Source: Minisyncoccota bacterium
Lineage (GTDB): Bacteria > Patescibacteriota > Minisyncoccia > Phycocordibacterales > JABAAK01
Assembly (NCBI GenBank): GCA_965222235.1
Contig: OZ244939.1
Span: 323,396-387,395 of the forward strand
Length of the DNA: 64,000 nt
Direction of reading: 5' to 3'
This document shows positions 8,417-18,325 of the stretch, piece after piece (the stretch's first letter is position 1; every line of letters begins with the position of its first letter). The translations under genes and the position numbers were made by a program. The notes beneath the pieces are model-generated. The model made no database searches and was not told the DNA's origin. It saw only the letters and a program-made list of their open reading frames with translations.

Positions 8417-8775
8417 ACGTCTTCAGACGGCGAACCGATCAGTCCGCCGATGGTGTTCTGCACCACTGCGAGCACGCCGTTTGCGGCAAGCACGAGAAAC
8501 AGACCGACCAGTGCCAGGATAAAATTGTATTTCAGTTTGTTAAACTTTTCAGGATTGACCGCGCCCGCCATCACCATCTGAAAGCCGATGTAGACAATCG
8601 CGAGCGCCAGGAACGGAATGAGTATGAGGGTCAGGCCTTTCAATACCGCCACCAGCAGTGCCGTGATACTGTCATATTTAATCGGATTTTCCACTATCTG
8701 CCCGTACGCCGGCAGCGCCAGCGCAACGGCACACGCCGCGCTCCATAGTACCGCACCGTTTCGCATACTGATCAT
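8413..8775 (-). CDS. VirB2/TrbC-like pilin-type protein
   Basis: ATG at 8775 (MISMRNGAVLWSAACAVALALPAYGQ), then LILIPFLALAIVYIGFQMVMAG ... FILALVGLFLVLAANGVLAVV. Confidence 0.55.
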   Translation of the reverse strand: MISMRNGAVLWSAACAVALALPAYGQIVENPIKYDSITALLVAVLKGLTLILIPFLALAIVYIGFQMVMAGAVNPEKFNKLKYNFILALVGLFLVLAANGVLAVVQNTIGGLIGSPSEDV

Positions 8776-8794
8776 ATGCCGCCAGTATATCACG

Positions 8795-10045
8795 CTATTG
8801 AAACAGTGTGATAACCCGCTGCGCACCGTCCTTGGCCGACATCGTCCCCACGACAACCCCCCGCAACACAACGAGCAGCGTCTGCCGCTCTGCCGCTGTC
8901 AGATAAATGCTTTTCGCGGAAAAAAGCGAGTCAATGAAGGCGGTTTCGGTGGTCCCGGCATCGGCGGCCGGGTAGTAATTCTGTATGGCCGGCGGTATGT
9001 TGTCAAACAGCACCGGCAAATTATTGTCCTCCCCGTAGAGCACTCCCACGAAATCAATCGCGGCGTTCAGCGCTGGGGTCGGCACCCTGCTCCGTTTCGG
9101 TATCGTGAAGCCGTAGAGCACCGCCGGCGACACCGGCGCGCTCTCCCGGGAAATCTGCGGCAGAGGCAGCGCCCGTATCGGTATGGTGTCCCCGCCGGCA
9201 CGCTTAAGCCCGCTGAACTCACTGATATAGCCGGGATAGAATAGGAGACGGCCGCTCACAAACATATCGCGGGCATCATCCAACGCAACGCTCCAGGTGA
9301 AAACCGGCGACCGGGTGTTCGCAAAACCGGCATAGAACCGCAGTATATCCGCAGCCGCATCAACGGTCAAACTGCCGGCCGCTGCCGTCTGCAGCATCAG
9401 GGCGATAAACACATCTGTTGCGTTGTCGTAATTGCGGTACGCGCCGAGCGGCACCAGCGCCCGGTTTGTCTCCCGATATCGCTTAATGGAACTGCGAAAA
9501 CTCTCATGGCCGAAATGCTCCCACAGTGACGGAAGCGCGCGTATCCTGCTCTGCAGCCGGAGCGCTTCGTTGTAGTAGAGCACCATCGCGTCCGAGAGAA
9601 ACGGAATGGCGATGTACCCGTCAGGTCGTATAAAAATATCGGCGTTCAGGGTGAACTGCTGCTGGTACCGCGCCAGGGGCAGATACCCGTACGGCACGGT
9701 CTGCAGCGTCTCCTCCAGCTCAAGAATCGTCCGATGATCAAGCAGCAGCAAATCCGGATGTTCGCTCACCGCAATCGCCTCAATATATTCATCCCGTACC
9801 GTTGCCGGATTCTTATGCACATAGGTCATGCTGTTATACGAGCGGTTGGGATTCCGGTTCAGCTGGCGGAGAATCGGCTGCATCCGCTCTTCGCTGAGCA
9901 GCCCCCACACCTGTATATCCGGTTTCACCGCCTCCTGCTCCGGATCTTTCTGCAGGAAACCGTACAGCGCCAGCCCGCCGAAACCGACAACAACGAAGAG
10001 ACCGAACACCGCATAGAGAATAATTTGAAATACATTTGTCTGCAT
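8795..10045 (-). CDS. Membrane-anchored extracytoplasmic protein (416 aa), function unknown; possibly solute-binding-like
   Basis: N-terminal TM helix IILYAVFGLFVVVGFGGLALYGF followed by a large soluble domain. No diagnostic motif was recognised. Confidence 0.5.
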   Translation of the reverse strand: MQTNVFQIILYAVFGLFVVVGFGGLALYGFLQKDPEQEAVKPDIQVWGLLSEERMQPILRQLNRNPNRSYNSMTYVHKNPATVRDEYIEAIAVSEHPDLLLLDHRTILELEETLQTVPYGYLPLARYQQQFTLNADIFIRPDGYIAIPFLSDAMVLYYNEALRLQSRIRALPSLWEHFGHESFRSSIKRYRETNRALVPLGAYRNYDNATDVFIALMLQTAAAGSLTVDAAADILRFYAGFANTRSPVFTWSVALDDARDMFVSGRLLFYPGYISEFSGLKRAGGDTIPIRALPLPQISRESAPVSPAVLYGFTIPKRSRVPTPALNAAIDFVGVLYGEDNNLPVLFDNIPPAIQNYYPAADAGTTETAFIDSLFSAKSIYLTAAERQTLLVVLRGVVVGTMSAKDGAQRVITLFQ

Positions 10046-10057
10046 ATACCAACCACC

Positions 10058-12490
10058 CTACATGTGGGTGCTTGCCGTCAGTATATCACCTCCTTTGAGC
10101 TTCATAACGAATACCCCCTGCGTCTGCCGCCCGCGCTTCGGAATATCATTGATGCCCATGCGCACCATCTGCCCCTTCTTTGACATGGTGATAATCTCAC
10201 CCTCCTCGCCGGTGAGAATGTGCGCGCCGACCAGCCTGCCCGTCTTTGCCGTGAGCATAGCCGCCTTCACACCGCTGCCGCCCCGCTTCTGCACCTTGAA
10301 CGCACTCAGCTTCGTCTGCTTGCCGAGTCCCTTCTCGCTCAACGTCAGCAGCAGCCCTGTGCCCTTCATTGCCTCGGTGATGACCAGCCCCCCTATGACC
10401 GCGTCATCCTTCCCGAGCCGGATGCCGCGCACGCCGCGGGCCGATCTGCCGGATGCGCGCACATCTCCGGCGACGAATTTGATCGCCTTGCCGCCGGCGG
10501 TGATGATGATGATCTCGTCGGTGTTCATGCAGAACATGGTGTTTACCAGCTGATCATTCCGGTCAAGCGACACGGCGATGAGTCCGGACTTCCGTATGTT
10601 TTTAAACTGATCAATCGCAACCTTTTTGATGGTTCCCTGCCTGGTGACAAAGAACAGGTAGGTATTCTTCTTTTCGGTATCGGACACGGGTACGATGGAG
10701 GTGACCCGTTCATCACCGTCAACGGCGATGAAATTGACGAGCGCGCGGCCCCTGCCCGTCCGCTTCGCCTCGGGAATCTCATACGCTTTCAGCTGGTACA
10801 CCTTGCCCTTGTTCGTGAAAAAGTAGAGCGTATCATGCGAGCTGGCGCTGATTGAAATGGTGGTGAAATCCTCGTCTTTGAGCTCCGCGCCCTTGGTGCC
10901 GACACCGCCGCGCCGCTGGCGCTTGTACTCGTCGTGCGTGGTGCGCTTGATGTAGCCGCCGCCGGTTATCATCACGATGCTCTGCTTTTCCGGTATCAGA
11001 TCCTCGTCGGTGACCGTGTCATGCCCCCGGCTTACGATTTTCGTTCTCCGCTCGTCGCCGAACAGCGCTTTTACCTCCTCAATGCCCTTCTTCACCTCGC
11101 CGTCAACCTTCTTCCTGCTCTTCAGAATCGCCTCCAGGCGGGCGATGGTTTTTTTCAGTGCGGCGAGTTCGTCCTCCACCTTCTTCCGCTCCAGACCCGC
11201 GAGCTTCGCCAGCCGCATTTCAAGAATGGCGTTCGCCTGTATTTCAGAAAACTTGAACTCCTTCATCAGCGCCTTCCGTGCGTCAGCAACCTCTCTCGAT
11301 GCCCTGATGAGCTTGATAATTTTGTCAATGTGGTCCAGTGCTTTTTTCAGCCCCTCAACGACGTGCTCCCGCTCTTTCGCCCGCTCCAGATCAAACGTCG
11401 TCGCCCGTTCAATAATTATGCGACGGTGGTCAATGTAGGCCTGCAGCAGCCGATGGAGTGTGAGCGTCTGCGGCACGCCATCAAGCAGCCCGACGAGATT
11501 GTAGTGATAGGTTTCCTCCAGCTGCGTGTGGCGGTAGAGCGTGTGCTGAACGCGGTGCGGCTGCGCGGTCGGCTTCAGCTCAACGACCACGCGGATGTCG
11601 TTAGTCGACTCATCACGCAGGTCTTTAATGCCCTCAATCTTCTTCAGCCGCGCCAGCTCGCCGATTTTTTCAATGAGCCGCGCCTTGTTGACCCGGAACG
11701 GGATAGAGGTGATGACTAAACTGATTCCCTTTTTATCCTCCACAATCTCCACCTCACCGCGCACGACCACACCGCCTCTGCCGGTTGCATACGCCTGCGC
11801 GATGGCTTTTTTGTCATAGGCGATGCCGCCCATGGGAAAGTCGGGGCCTTTGACGAACTGCAGGAGGTCTTCCGTCGTCGCATCCGGACGGTCAATAAGG
11901 TGCAGCAGCGCGTCTGCGACTTCGTTCAGATTGTGCGGGGGAATGTCGGTCGCCATGCCGACGGCGATGCCGAGCGTACCGTTGACGAGCAGATTCGGCA
12001 CCTTGGCGGGCATAACGGTCGGCTCCTGCAGGGTGTTCTCGTAGTTCGGCACGAAAGCGACGGTCCGCTTCTCTATATCCTCAAGCATGTTCTCGGCGTA
12101 CCGGGACATTTTCGCCTCGGTATACCGCTCGGCGGCGGGCGGATCGCCGTCAATGGAACCGAAGTTGCCCTGTCCGGCGACCAGCGGGTACCGGGTGACG
12201 AACTCCTGCGTCATTTTCGCCATCGCCTCGTAGACCGCAAGGTTGCCATGCGGATGGTACTTACCGAGCGTCTCGCCGACCACAGTCGCCGACTTTCTGG
12301 TCTTCGCCGCGAACCTGAGTCCCATGCCGAACATGGCGTAGAGAATACGCCGCTGCACCGGCTTGAGCCCGTCGCGGACATCAGGCAGCGCCCGGGCGGT
12401 AATGACCGACATGGCGTAGTCAAGATACGCGCTCCGCATCTCCTCAGTGATGTCCCTATGCACAATCCTCCCTTCCTCATTCTGAGCCAT
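10058..12490 (-). CDS. gyrA: DNA gyrase subunit A
   Basis: [53 protein letters not shown] matches the GyrA N-terminus including the active-site Tyr region. It is 810 aa with C-terminal beta-pinwheel repeats. ATG at 12490. Confidence 0.9.
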   Translation of the reverse strand: MAQNEEGRIVHRDITEEMRSAYLDYAMSVITARALPDVRDGLKPVQRRILYAMFGMGLRFAAKTRKSATVVGETLGKYHPHGNLAVYEAMAKMTQEFVTRYPLVAGQGNFGSIDGDPPAAERYTEAKMSRYAENMLEDIEKRTVAFVPNYENTLQEPTVMPAKVPNLLVNGTLGIAVGMATDIPPHNLNEVADALLHLIDRPDATTEDLLQFVKGPDFPMGGIAYDKKAIAQAYATGRGGVVVRGEVEIVEDKKGISLVITSIPFRVNKARLIEKIGELARLKKIEGIKDLRDESTNDIRVVVELKPTAQPHRVQHTLYRHTQLEETYHYNLVGLLDGVPQTLTLHRLLQAYIDHRRIIIERATTFDLERAKEREHVVEGLKKALDHIDKIIKLIRASREVADARKALMKEFKFSEIQANAILEMRLAKLAGLERKKVEDELAALKKTIARLEAILKSRKKVDGEVKKGIEEVKALFGDERRTKIVSRGHDTVTDEDLIPEKQSIVMITGGGYIKRTTHDEYKRQRRGGVGTKGAELKDEDFTTISISASSHDTLYFFTNKGKVYQLKAYEIPEAKRTGRGRALVNFIAVDGDERVTSIVPVSDTEKKNTYLFFVTRQGTIKKVAIDQFKNIRKSGLIAVSLDRNDQLVNTMFCMNTDEIIIITAGGKAIKFVAGDVRASGRSARGVRGIRLGKDDAVIGGLVITEAMKGTGLLLTLSEKGLGKQTKLSAFKVQKRGGSGVKAAMLTAKTGRLVGAHILTGEEGEIITMSKKGQMVRMGINDIPKRGRQTQGVFVMKLKGGDILTASTHM

Positions 12491-12524
12491 ATATGCGGTA
12501 TTGTACCATATATACGGTGTGTGT

Positions 12525-12563
12525 ATATAAAAGCAGTGCATCTGTCAGGGACAAATGCACTGC
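12525..12563 (-). terminator. Rho-independent terminator between tmk and gyrA
   Basis: 9-bp stem GCAGTGCAT / ATGCACTGC followed on the minus strand by TTTTATA. A TATATGGTACAAT promoter-like box precedes gyrA. Confidence 0.5.
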
Positions 12564-12752
12564 GTAATTCTGAGCCACATGCGTCAGAGTATCGGATAGA
12601 TTTCGTCGGCGATGGCGGAGACATTCGGTTTCATGCCGTTCGGTACCGTGTTGTACGGAATGATGTACTCGCCGCAGATGGCGGACTTCCCTCTGTACCC
12701 CTCCCTCCGGAGTGCCTCGTCAAAGCCGCTGATGATTGACCGGGGGTCCCTT

Positions 12753-13274
12753 TCAAAGTTGCCGTGAGCCCCGCTGTCTGATCCGATCGGCGAGCATCTC
12801 CGGCGTCAGTCCGGTGAGTATGATATGCAGAGGACGCAGGTCAAACCGCCGGCAAAGAACTTGCAGCTGATTGGCGGCGAAATTGTACACCGCCTCGTTT
12901 CGCTCATCCCGGGGATAGCGGTAGTACTGGTACACCAGCGTTGAGAGGTAGAAACGGTCAAGGATGAGCAGCGCGCCGCGGCTCACCGCCGGCGCGATGA
13001 GCGTCTTCGCCGATATGGTGAAATCGGCGAAAAATAGGTAAGCCATTGCGAGCGGATCTTCGTCCTTGTCGGAAAACGACAGAAGTATGTCCCGGATCTT
13101 TCTGCCGGCTTCCGTCGCGCCCGGTGTGCGGACAACTACCGTCTCCCGGTCGTCATTGCCGGCGCGTCTCGCCAACTCCCGCACCAATGTCGTTTTCCCG
13201 GACCCGTCCGGACCGTCAATCACGACGATGTTGTACTGCCCCCGATCGGGCAGCGGTTCCAGAAAATTATTCAC
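12753..13274 (-). CDS. tmk: Thymidylate kinase, frame-0 portion (173 aa). The conserved C-terminal region continues in another frame down to about 12586.
   Basis: P-loop VVIDGPDGSGKTT. The frame ends ...RIRQRGSRQL*, but the +1 frame immediately encodes ...GNFERDPRSIISGFDEALRREGY...VSAIADEIYPIL*, matching the Tmk C-terminal consensus (DFHxRVREGY). Confidence 0.7.
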   Translation of the reverse strand: MNNFLEPLPDRGQYNIVVIDGPDGSGKTTLVRELARRAGNDDRETVVVRTPGATEAGRKIRDILLSFSDKDEDPLAMAYLFFADFTISAKTLIAPAVSRGALLILDRFYLSTLVYQYYRYPRDERNEAVYNFAANQLQVLCRRFDLRPLHIILTGLTPEMLADRIRQRGSRQL

Positions 13275-13463
13275 AATTCACACTCCTTTTGTTTTGTGGA
13301 ATCTGACCGCAGTGTATCATAGACGGCTTAATACAGCCACAGCAACGCGACCGGCAGCCAGACGAGACAGATGATGACGGTTATGAGCGCGACAAGGCGC
13401 ACGACCTTCCTGTTTTTTTCCCGCTGCCGGCGGATAAATTCCTCGGAATCCATACCCCCCGCA

Positions 13464-14066
13464 TTATACCACCGTGATAACGGAGACGGTTTCATCCGCG
13501 ATATCTTTCTTCTTAATCGTGCACTTCCCCACGACCTCCTCGGCATTCCCGATTTCCCCGCCGATATCTTTCTGCAGTTTCCTGTTGTCGCCGATGAGCA
13601 CTATTCTGCGAACACCGAGCGCCGACACCGCACCCGCGATATCAACCGCGGCCAGCCGCTTTTCCCCCGTTGTGTTACAAAAACAGACAAGCACATCTGC
13701 GGCGATGAACTGTGCCGCAATCTGATTTGTGTCCTCCCTGCCGTCTACATCGCCGAGCACCGCAATACGGATATCATCCCCGACAACCAGCCATGATGTC
13801 GTCTGCAGATCATTGTCGACAGTGACCGTCCCGCTGCTGACCCCCTGCAGTATCAGAGCGTCCTTCTCATACTCGCCCGCACCTGTGAACACTTTCTGCC
13901 CGTCTTCCGCGGTGAATACGCCGGACCACCCGGCGACGGGAACCGAATAGGTATTGAGAATAACGGCCGACAACGGCAGCTTCTTTTTCGCGGGCGGATT
14001 AACTGCCACGGTACCGGTTGAGAATTTCAGTGTGATGCCGGTCTCACCTGACTTGTGGATCTCCAT
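13464..14066 (-). CDS. Hypothetical protein (200 aa), possibly a degenerate MBL-fold relative
   Basis: ORF with a reasonable start; no catalytic HxHxDH motif. Function is not assignable from sequence alone. Confidence 0.45.
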   Translation of the reverse strand: MEIHKSGETGITLKFSTGTVAVNPPAKKKLPLSAVILNTYSVPVAGWSGVFTAEDGQKVFTGAGEYEKDALILQGVSSGTVTVDNDLQTTSWLVVGDDIRIAVLGDVDGREDTNQIAAQFIAADVLVCFCNTTGEKRLAAVDIAGAVSALGVRRIVLIGDNRKLQKDIGGEIGNAEEVVGKCTIKKKDIADETVSVITVV

Positions 14067-14149
14067 ATATACGGAAGTGTAGCATATCCGGGCGGAGTGA
14101 GGTATACTGTACTCCGTTAACGGCGACAGCCGTTTGATATATATGGATT

Positions 14150-15223
14150 ATGAACACCGCAACAACTGAAACAACCGTTCTGAAAACGCTGCTGCGCCAT
14201 GTCGTGGGTGATGTTGTTGAGGGCACCATCATCGCCATTGACCGGTCAACCGTTTATATTGATCTCTCCCCCGTCGGCACCGGCATTATCTACGGACGGG
14301 AGTTCATCGTCGCAAAGGATATTCTGCGCAAGGCGCGGGTCGGCGACACCATATCCGCGAAAATCATTGATATGGCGGCTCCCGGCGGCTATATTGACCT
14401 GTCGCTGAAAGAGGCGCGGAAAATATATATCTGGAATGAAGCCGAGGAGGCGATGCGGGAGAAAAAGGTGTTCAATATCATCGTCAAAAGTGCAAACCGC
14501 GGCGGTCTCGTTATTGAATGGAACGGTATGCGGGGATTCCTACCCGCATCACAGCTCACCGAGGAGCACTATCCGAAAATACTCGGGGGGAATAAGGATA
14601 CGCTGCTCAACGAACTGAAAAAGATGATCGGCAAAGAACTGTCGGTGGTCATAGAAAGTATTGATCAGGACAACGACACACTCATCTTCGCCGAGTATAA
14701 AAACGGGGAGAAAAGCAGCGCGGATGACACCAAGGTGATCTACAAGGTCGGTGATATTAAAAGCGGCATCGTCACCGGTGTCGTTGATTTCGGCGTGTTC
14801 GTCACCATAGACAACACGGTCGAGGGGCTGGTGCACATCTCCGAGATGGACTGGGGGCTCGTTGACGATCCCCGCAAATTCTACAGCGTCGGCAACCAGG
14901 TGCAGGTGAAGATTATCGAAATTGAGGATGAGAAGTATTCATTCTCCTTCAAAGAATTGCACAAAAATCCATGGGAGGACATTCTTGAGCGGCACCAGGT
15001 CAGCAATGTTGTCTCCGGCGTTGTGATCAAATACGGCCAGTTCGGCGCGTTCGCCTCCATTGAAGCCGGCGTATCCGGACTCGTCCACATTTCAAACTTC
15101 AAGGATGAGCAGGATCTGCGTAACTCACTGGAAATCGGCAAAACCTACAAATTCGTTATCACCAATCTTGAGCCGGAGGAACAGAAACTCACGATTGTAC
15201 CGGAAGATCGGTATACGAAATAG
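14150..15223 (+). CDS. rpsA: 30S ribosomal protein S1 (short, four S1 domains)
   Basis: Repeated S1-domain signatures (GxVxGxVxxIxxxGxFVxI, EGLVHISE). 357 aa. Confidence 0.7.
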   Translation: MNTATTETTVLKTLLRHVVGDVVEGTIIAIDRSTVYIDLSPVGTGIIYGREFIVAKDILRKARVGDTISAKIIDMAAPGGYIDLSLKEARKIYIWNEAEEAMREKKVFNIIVKSANRGGLVIEWNGMRGFLPASQLTEEHYPKILGGNKDTLLNELKKMIGKELSVVIESIDQDNDTLIFAEYKNGEKSSADDTKVIYKVGDIKSGIVTGVVDFGVFVTIDNTVEGLVHISEMDWGLVDDPRKFYSVGNQVQVKIIEIEDEKYSFSFKELHKNPWEDILERHQVSNVVSGVVIKYGQFGAFASIEAGVSGLVHISNFKDEQDLRNSLEIGKTYKFVITNLEPEEQKLTIVPEDRYTK

Positions 15224-15734
15224 TATCCTGGAACAGCTGTTCAAAGATGTCCGGAAGCGCGGCAATGAGCGCTGCGGTGATGATATTCATATCATTCTCC
15301 AGAATCGGATCAAGCACATACTGCGCGACATTCTCCCCCCTGCCAATACCGATCCGCAGGCGCAGAAATGCATTCGTCCGCATTATCGCAGCGACGGATG
15401 CGACCCCTTTATGCCCCCCGGCAGACTTTTTTCTTGACAACCGGACCGTGCCGGCGGGAAAGTCAATATCATCATGCACGACGACCAGGCGGGACGGCTC
15501 CAACTCCTCAAGTATATCCGCCATATCCGTGCCGGTGTTATTCATGTATCCGTCCGAAACGACGCAGGTTATCGCATGCGGACCGATGAGCAGGCAGGCG
15601 AACCGTGCGACACCGATATGCTGCCAGGCACATCCCTGCCGACGCACCAATCCTTCAACGAAATCCTTGCCGACATTGTGCCGGGTGCCCTCGTAGCCGG
15701 CGGGATTGCCGAGTCCCAGAAACACATACTCCAT
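15189..15734 (-). CDS. pth: Peptidyl-tRNA hydrolase
   Basis: MEYVFLGLGNPAGYEGTRHNVG (Pth signature LGNPGxxYxxTRHNxG) and HDDIDFPAG. ATG at 15734. Confidence 0.8.
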   Translation of the reverse strand: MEYVFLGLGNPAGYEGTRHNVGKDFVEGLVRRQGCAWQHIGVARFACLLIGPHAITCVVSDGYMNNTGTDMADILEELEPSRLVVVHDDIDFPAGTVRLSRKKSAGGHKGVASVAAIMRTNAFLRLRIGIGRGENVAQYVLDPILENDMNIITAALIAALPDIFEQLFQDTISYTDLPVQS

Positions 15735-15791
15735 ACCGCATATATTGTACCAGACATTGTGTGTTACACTGGACATCGTACGCCAACTATC

Positions 15792-16382
15792 ATGGAGAAT
15801 CAGCACCCGTCATCCTGCAGTATTTCTAACCGCAGAGGAATTATTATCATCCTCGCCGGCGCGCTCTGCGCGGCCGCGGTATGGTTCCTCGGATTCCGGC
15901 CGTTCCTCGTCAACGGCGCGTCAATGTATCCGACATTCAACGCGTCATTTGAGGATTCAAACGATATGCGGCTCATCGGGGGCGACTATCTCATTATTGA
16001 CATCTTTTCCTACATATTCATTCACGAACCCGAACGGCTTGATGTCATCGTATTCCGGAGCCCGACAGAGCCGGGACGCTATCTCCTCAAACGGATTATC
16101 GCCCTGCCGAACGAGCAGGTGCGGCTTGCCGGTACGACAGTGACTGTCACCGGGGAGAACGGTGAGGTGCTGACCCTGACCGAACCGTACATCAACCGGC
16201 GGGACATCGTGTCATATAAAAGCAAAACATGGCGGCTGGGCGAGGATGAATATTTCCTGCTCGGTGACAACCGGGCGCGCAGCCTGGATTCACGCGTATG
16301 GGGATCGCTGCCGAAACATCGGATTGTCGGACGCGTCATCGCGCGGCTGTATCCGTTTTCCATGATTGACCTGTATACCTGA
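15792..16382 (+). CDS. lepB: Signal peptidase I
   Basis: GASMYPT (catalytic Ser), KRIIALPNE (catalytic Lys) and GDNRARSLDSRVWG boxes. N-terminal TM helix. Confidence 0.8.
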   Translation: MENQHPSSCSISNRRGIIIILAGALCAAAVWFLGFRPFLVNGASMYPTFNASFEDSNDMRLIGGDYLIIDIFSYIFIHEPERLDVIVFRSPTEPGRYLLKRIIALPNEQVRLAGTTVTVTGENGEVLTLTEPYINRRDIVSYKSKTWRLGEDEYFLLGDNRARSLDSRVWGSLPKHRIVGRVIARLYPFSMIDLYT

Positions 16383-16416
16383 CAAACTGCCGGTCATTGA
16401 CAGTGTGCGGACCTGA

Positions 16417-17619
16417 ATGTACAGTACCCTGTATATGAGTTTTGCTGATGTAACATCTGAAAAATTCTTTGACAAGGCATACCGAATCGCAACATCATAC
16501 GGATTTGAGCCGGCGCACAAATTCGTTGACCGGCACCGGAGGAATAAGCGGAGAAAAATAGCCACATACCACAGGGCGGACAGCAGAAATCTCAACAATC
16601 TCGCAACATTACTGCAGTTTTTCTTTGAGCGAGTGCAGCACCATTCGGAGGAGTGCGAACCGCTGTATATTTTTTACAGCAATATTGACCGGGAAACAAA
16701 ATCAGTCGTCACCCGCTCCAAAAAACCGGACGAAGCATATTTCACGCTTTCAATAATCGGTATTGACGGTCCGTATGCCGAAGCCCTCCTTATGTACTGC
16801 ACCGACCATATCTTTCGGGAGCTCAGATCAAAACAGCATCAGGTTCGGATCAATTCAATGGGATCCCGGGATGACTCAAAGGAATACTTCTCCAGATTTT
16901 CAAAAACGATCAAAAAAATGGCGCAGAAAGATATTCCGCCGGAATGCCGGAGGATGCTTGATAAATCTGAGATCGTGGGGGCGCATTCCCTGCTTTACGC
17001 CGGCGAGCAGGACAGCGTTACGGAATATATCACCCCGACACTCCGCCTGCTTTCCGACTCCGCTCAGTCCCACTTTGAGAAAATAATTGAATACCTGGAA
17101 GCGCACCGCCTGTCGTACGAGCTCGCGCCGGATCTGGTTGAGCTTACCAAATACGGCCTGCACACGGTGTTTGAGATACAATCGGAGTATTCGCCGGTAT
17201 ATGCGCACGGCGGTCGGTATGACACGCTTCCCCATACCCTGTACCGCCGCAGAGTGCCGGTCGCATCGGTCACGATTTCGCTGCCGGAAAAAACGGTCGG
17301 CTCGCACACGATCACTACCATGCCGAGAAAGCCGAAGATATTCTTCTGCCACGCCGGCAGCGTTGCGCGGTTGCGCTCCCTGCATGTGCTTTCGCAGCTG
17401 TGCGACGCGAACATATCCGTCGCGCACCGGCTTCATCACCCCCGTGTCGGCGATCAGCTGAATCAGGAAGCACAGCGGTATCCGTATGTCATCATTTTCG
17501 GGCAGGAGGAGGCGGCAAACAATGTCGTTTGCATACGGAAAACAGACACGCGCGCATCAAACTTCATCCATATTAACGGAGAGGCACTCAAGAATATTAA
17601 GGAGTTCATACGATCATAG
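16417..17619 (+). CDS. Histidyl-tRNA synthetase-like class II aaRS paralog (divergent)
   Basis: HisRS-like N-terminus (FADVTSEKFFDKAYRIATSYGFEP), TVFEI...HGGRYD (motif 3 region) and an anticodon-binding-like C-terminus (YVIIFGQEEAANNVVCIRK). Motif 2 is not recognisable. Confidence 0.5.
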   Translation: MYSTLYMSFADVTSEKFFDKAYRIATSYGFEPAHKFVDRHRRNKRRKIATYHRADSRNLNNLATLLQFFFERVQHHSEECEPLYIFYSNIDRETKSVVTRSKKPDEAYFTLSIIGIDGPYAEALLMYCTDHIFRELRSKQHQVRINSMGSRDDSKEYFSRFSKTIKKMAQKDIPPECRRMLDKSEIVGAHSLLYAGEQDSVTEYITPTLRLLSDSAQSHFEKIIEYLEAHRLSYELAPDLVELTKYGLHTVFEIQSEYSPVYAHGGRYDTLPHTLYRRRVPVASVTISLPEKTVGSHTITTMPRKPKIFFCHAGSVARLRSLHVLSQLCDANISVAHRLHHPRVGDQLNQEAQRYPYVIIFGQEEAANNVVCIRKTDTRASNFIHINGEALKNIKEFIRS

Positions 17620-17675
17620 TTGTATTCTGCGCCGGCTGTTGATATACTGCGGTATATATGAAGGACAATATCATC

Positions 17676-17897
17676 ATGACTAAAAAGGAGGGTGAAAATC
17701 CCTCGTCCCTCTATCGTCGTTTTGTCAAACATTTCCGCGCATCGGGTGTGCAGATGGCAACCAAAAAAGGCAGATTCTATGATCGCAGGCCGTCGAAAAA
17801 TACCAGAAAAAAGAACTGCATCACTCACCTGACAAAAAAAGAGAAGTTTGAAGAGGCGTACCGGCTCGGCAAGATATCGTCTCTTCAGAAGAAATAG
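17676..17897 (+). CDS. rpsU: 30S ribosomal protein S21
   Basis: MTKKEGENPSSLYRRFVKHFRASGV...RFYDRRPSKNTRKK aligns with E. coli S21 ([21 protein letters not shown]...EFYEKPTTERKR). Confidence 0.7.
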   Translation: MTKKEGENPSSLYRRFVKHFRASGVQMATKKGRFYDRRPSKNTRKKNCITHLTKKEKFEEAYRLGKISSLQKK

Positions 17898-17902
17898 TCG
17901 CC

Positions 17903-18301
17903 GTGAAACACGCGCTCCACACATTCAACGAAACATCCGTTCGTATGCCGCGGAAAAAATTGCGGGTCATGTACGGCGGTCTGCTCGGCAGAACATGCGA
18001 TCTCAATATCATATGCATCGGCGATGCGGCGGCGCGGAAGATGAACCGGCGGCACCGGAGCAGAAATACAGCGGCGAATGTGCTGACGTTTCCCGCCGGC
18101 ACGGGACCGGACGCGGTACTGACACCGGCGGAGATATACATCAACGCCGACCGGGCATTGCGGGAGGCAAAAGGGGGAAACATGCCCCACTCACACCGTA
18201 TTCTTTTCATGGCACTGCACGGCATGCTCCATCTGCTCGGACATACGCATGGAGATGCAATGGAGTCACTGGAGGATAAGTATGCTACAACATATATATA
18301 G
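17903..18301 (+). CDS. ybeY: Endoribonuclease YbeY
   Basis: Zinc-binding HGMLHLLGHTHGD (H-x3-H-x5-H) motif. About 130 aa. It follows rpsU. Confidence 0.75.
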   Translation: MKHALHTFNETSVRMPRKKLRVMYGGLLGRTCDLNIICIGDAAARKMNRRHRSRNTAANVLTFPAGTGPDAVLTPAEIYINADRALREAKGGNMPHSHRILFMALHGMLHLLGHTHGDAMESLEDKYATTYI

Positions 18302-18325
18302 CCTTGCGGGGAGAGACGCATATAT

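Noticed and set aside
10062-12739. Long plus-strand ORFs (10220-10855, 10934-11719, 11900-12739) antisense to gyrA
   Set aside because: The minus strand carries an unambiguous full-length GyrA. The antisense ORFs are typical GC-rich shadow frames with no motifs and no ribosome-binding sites.
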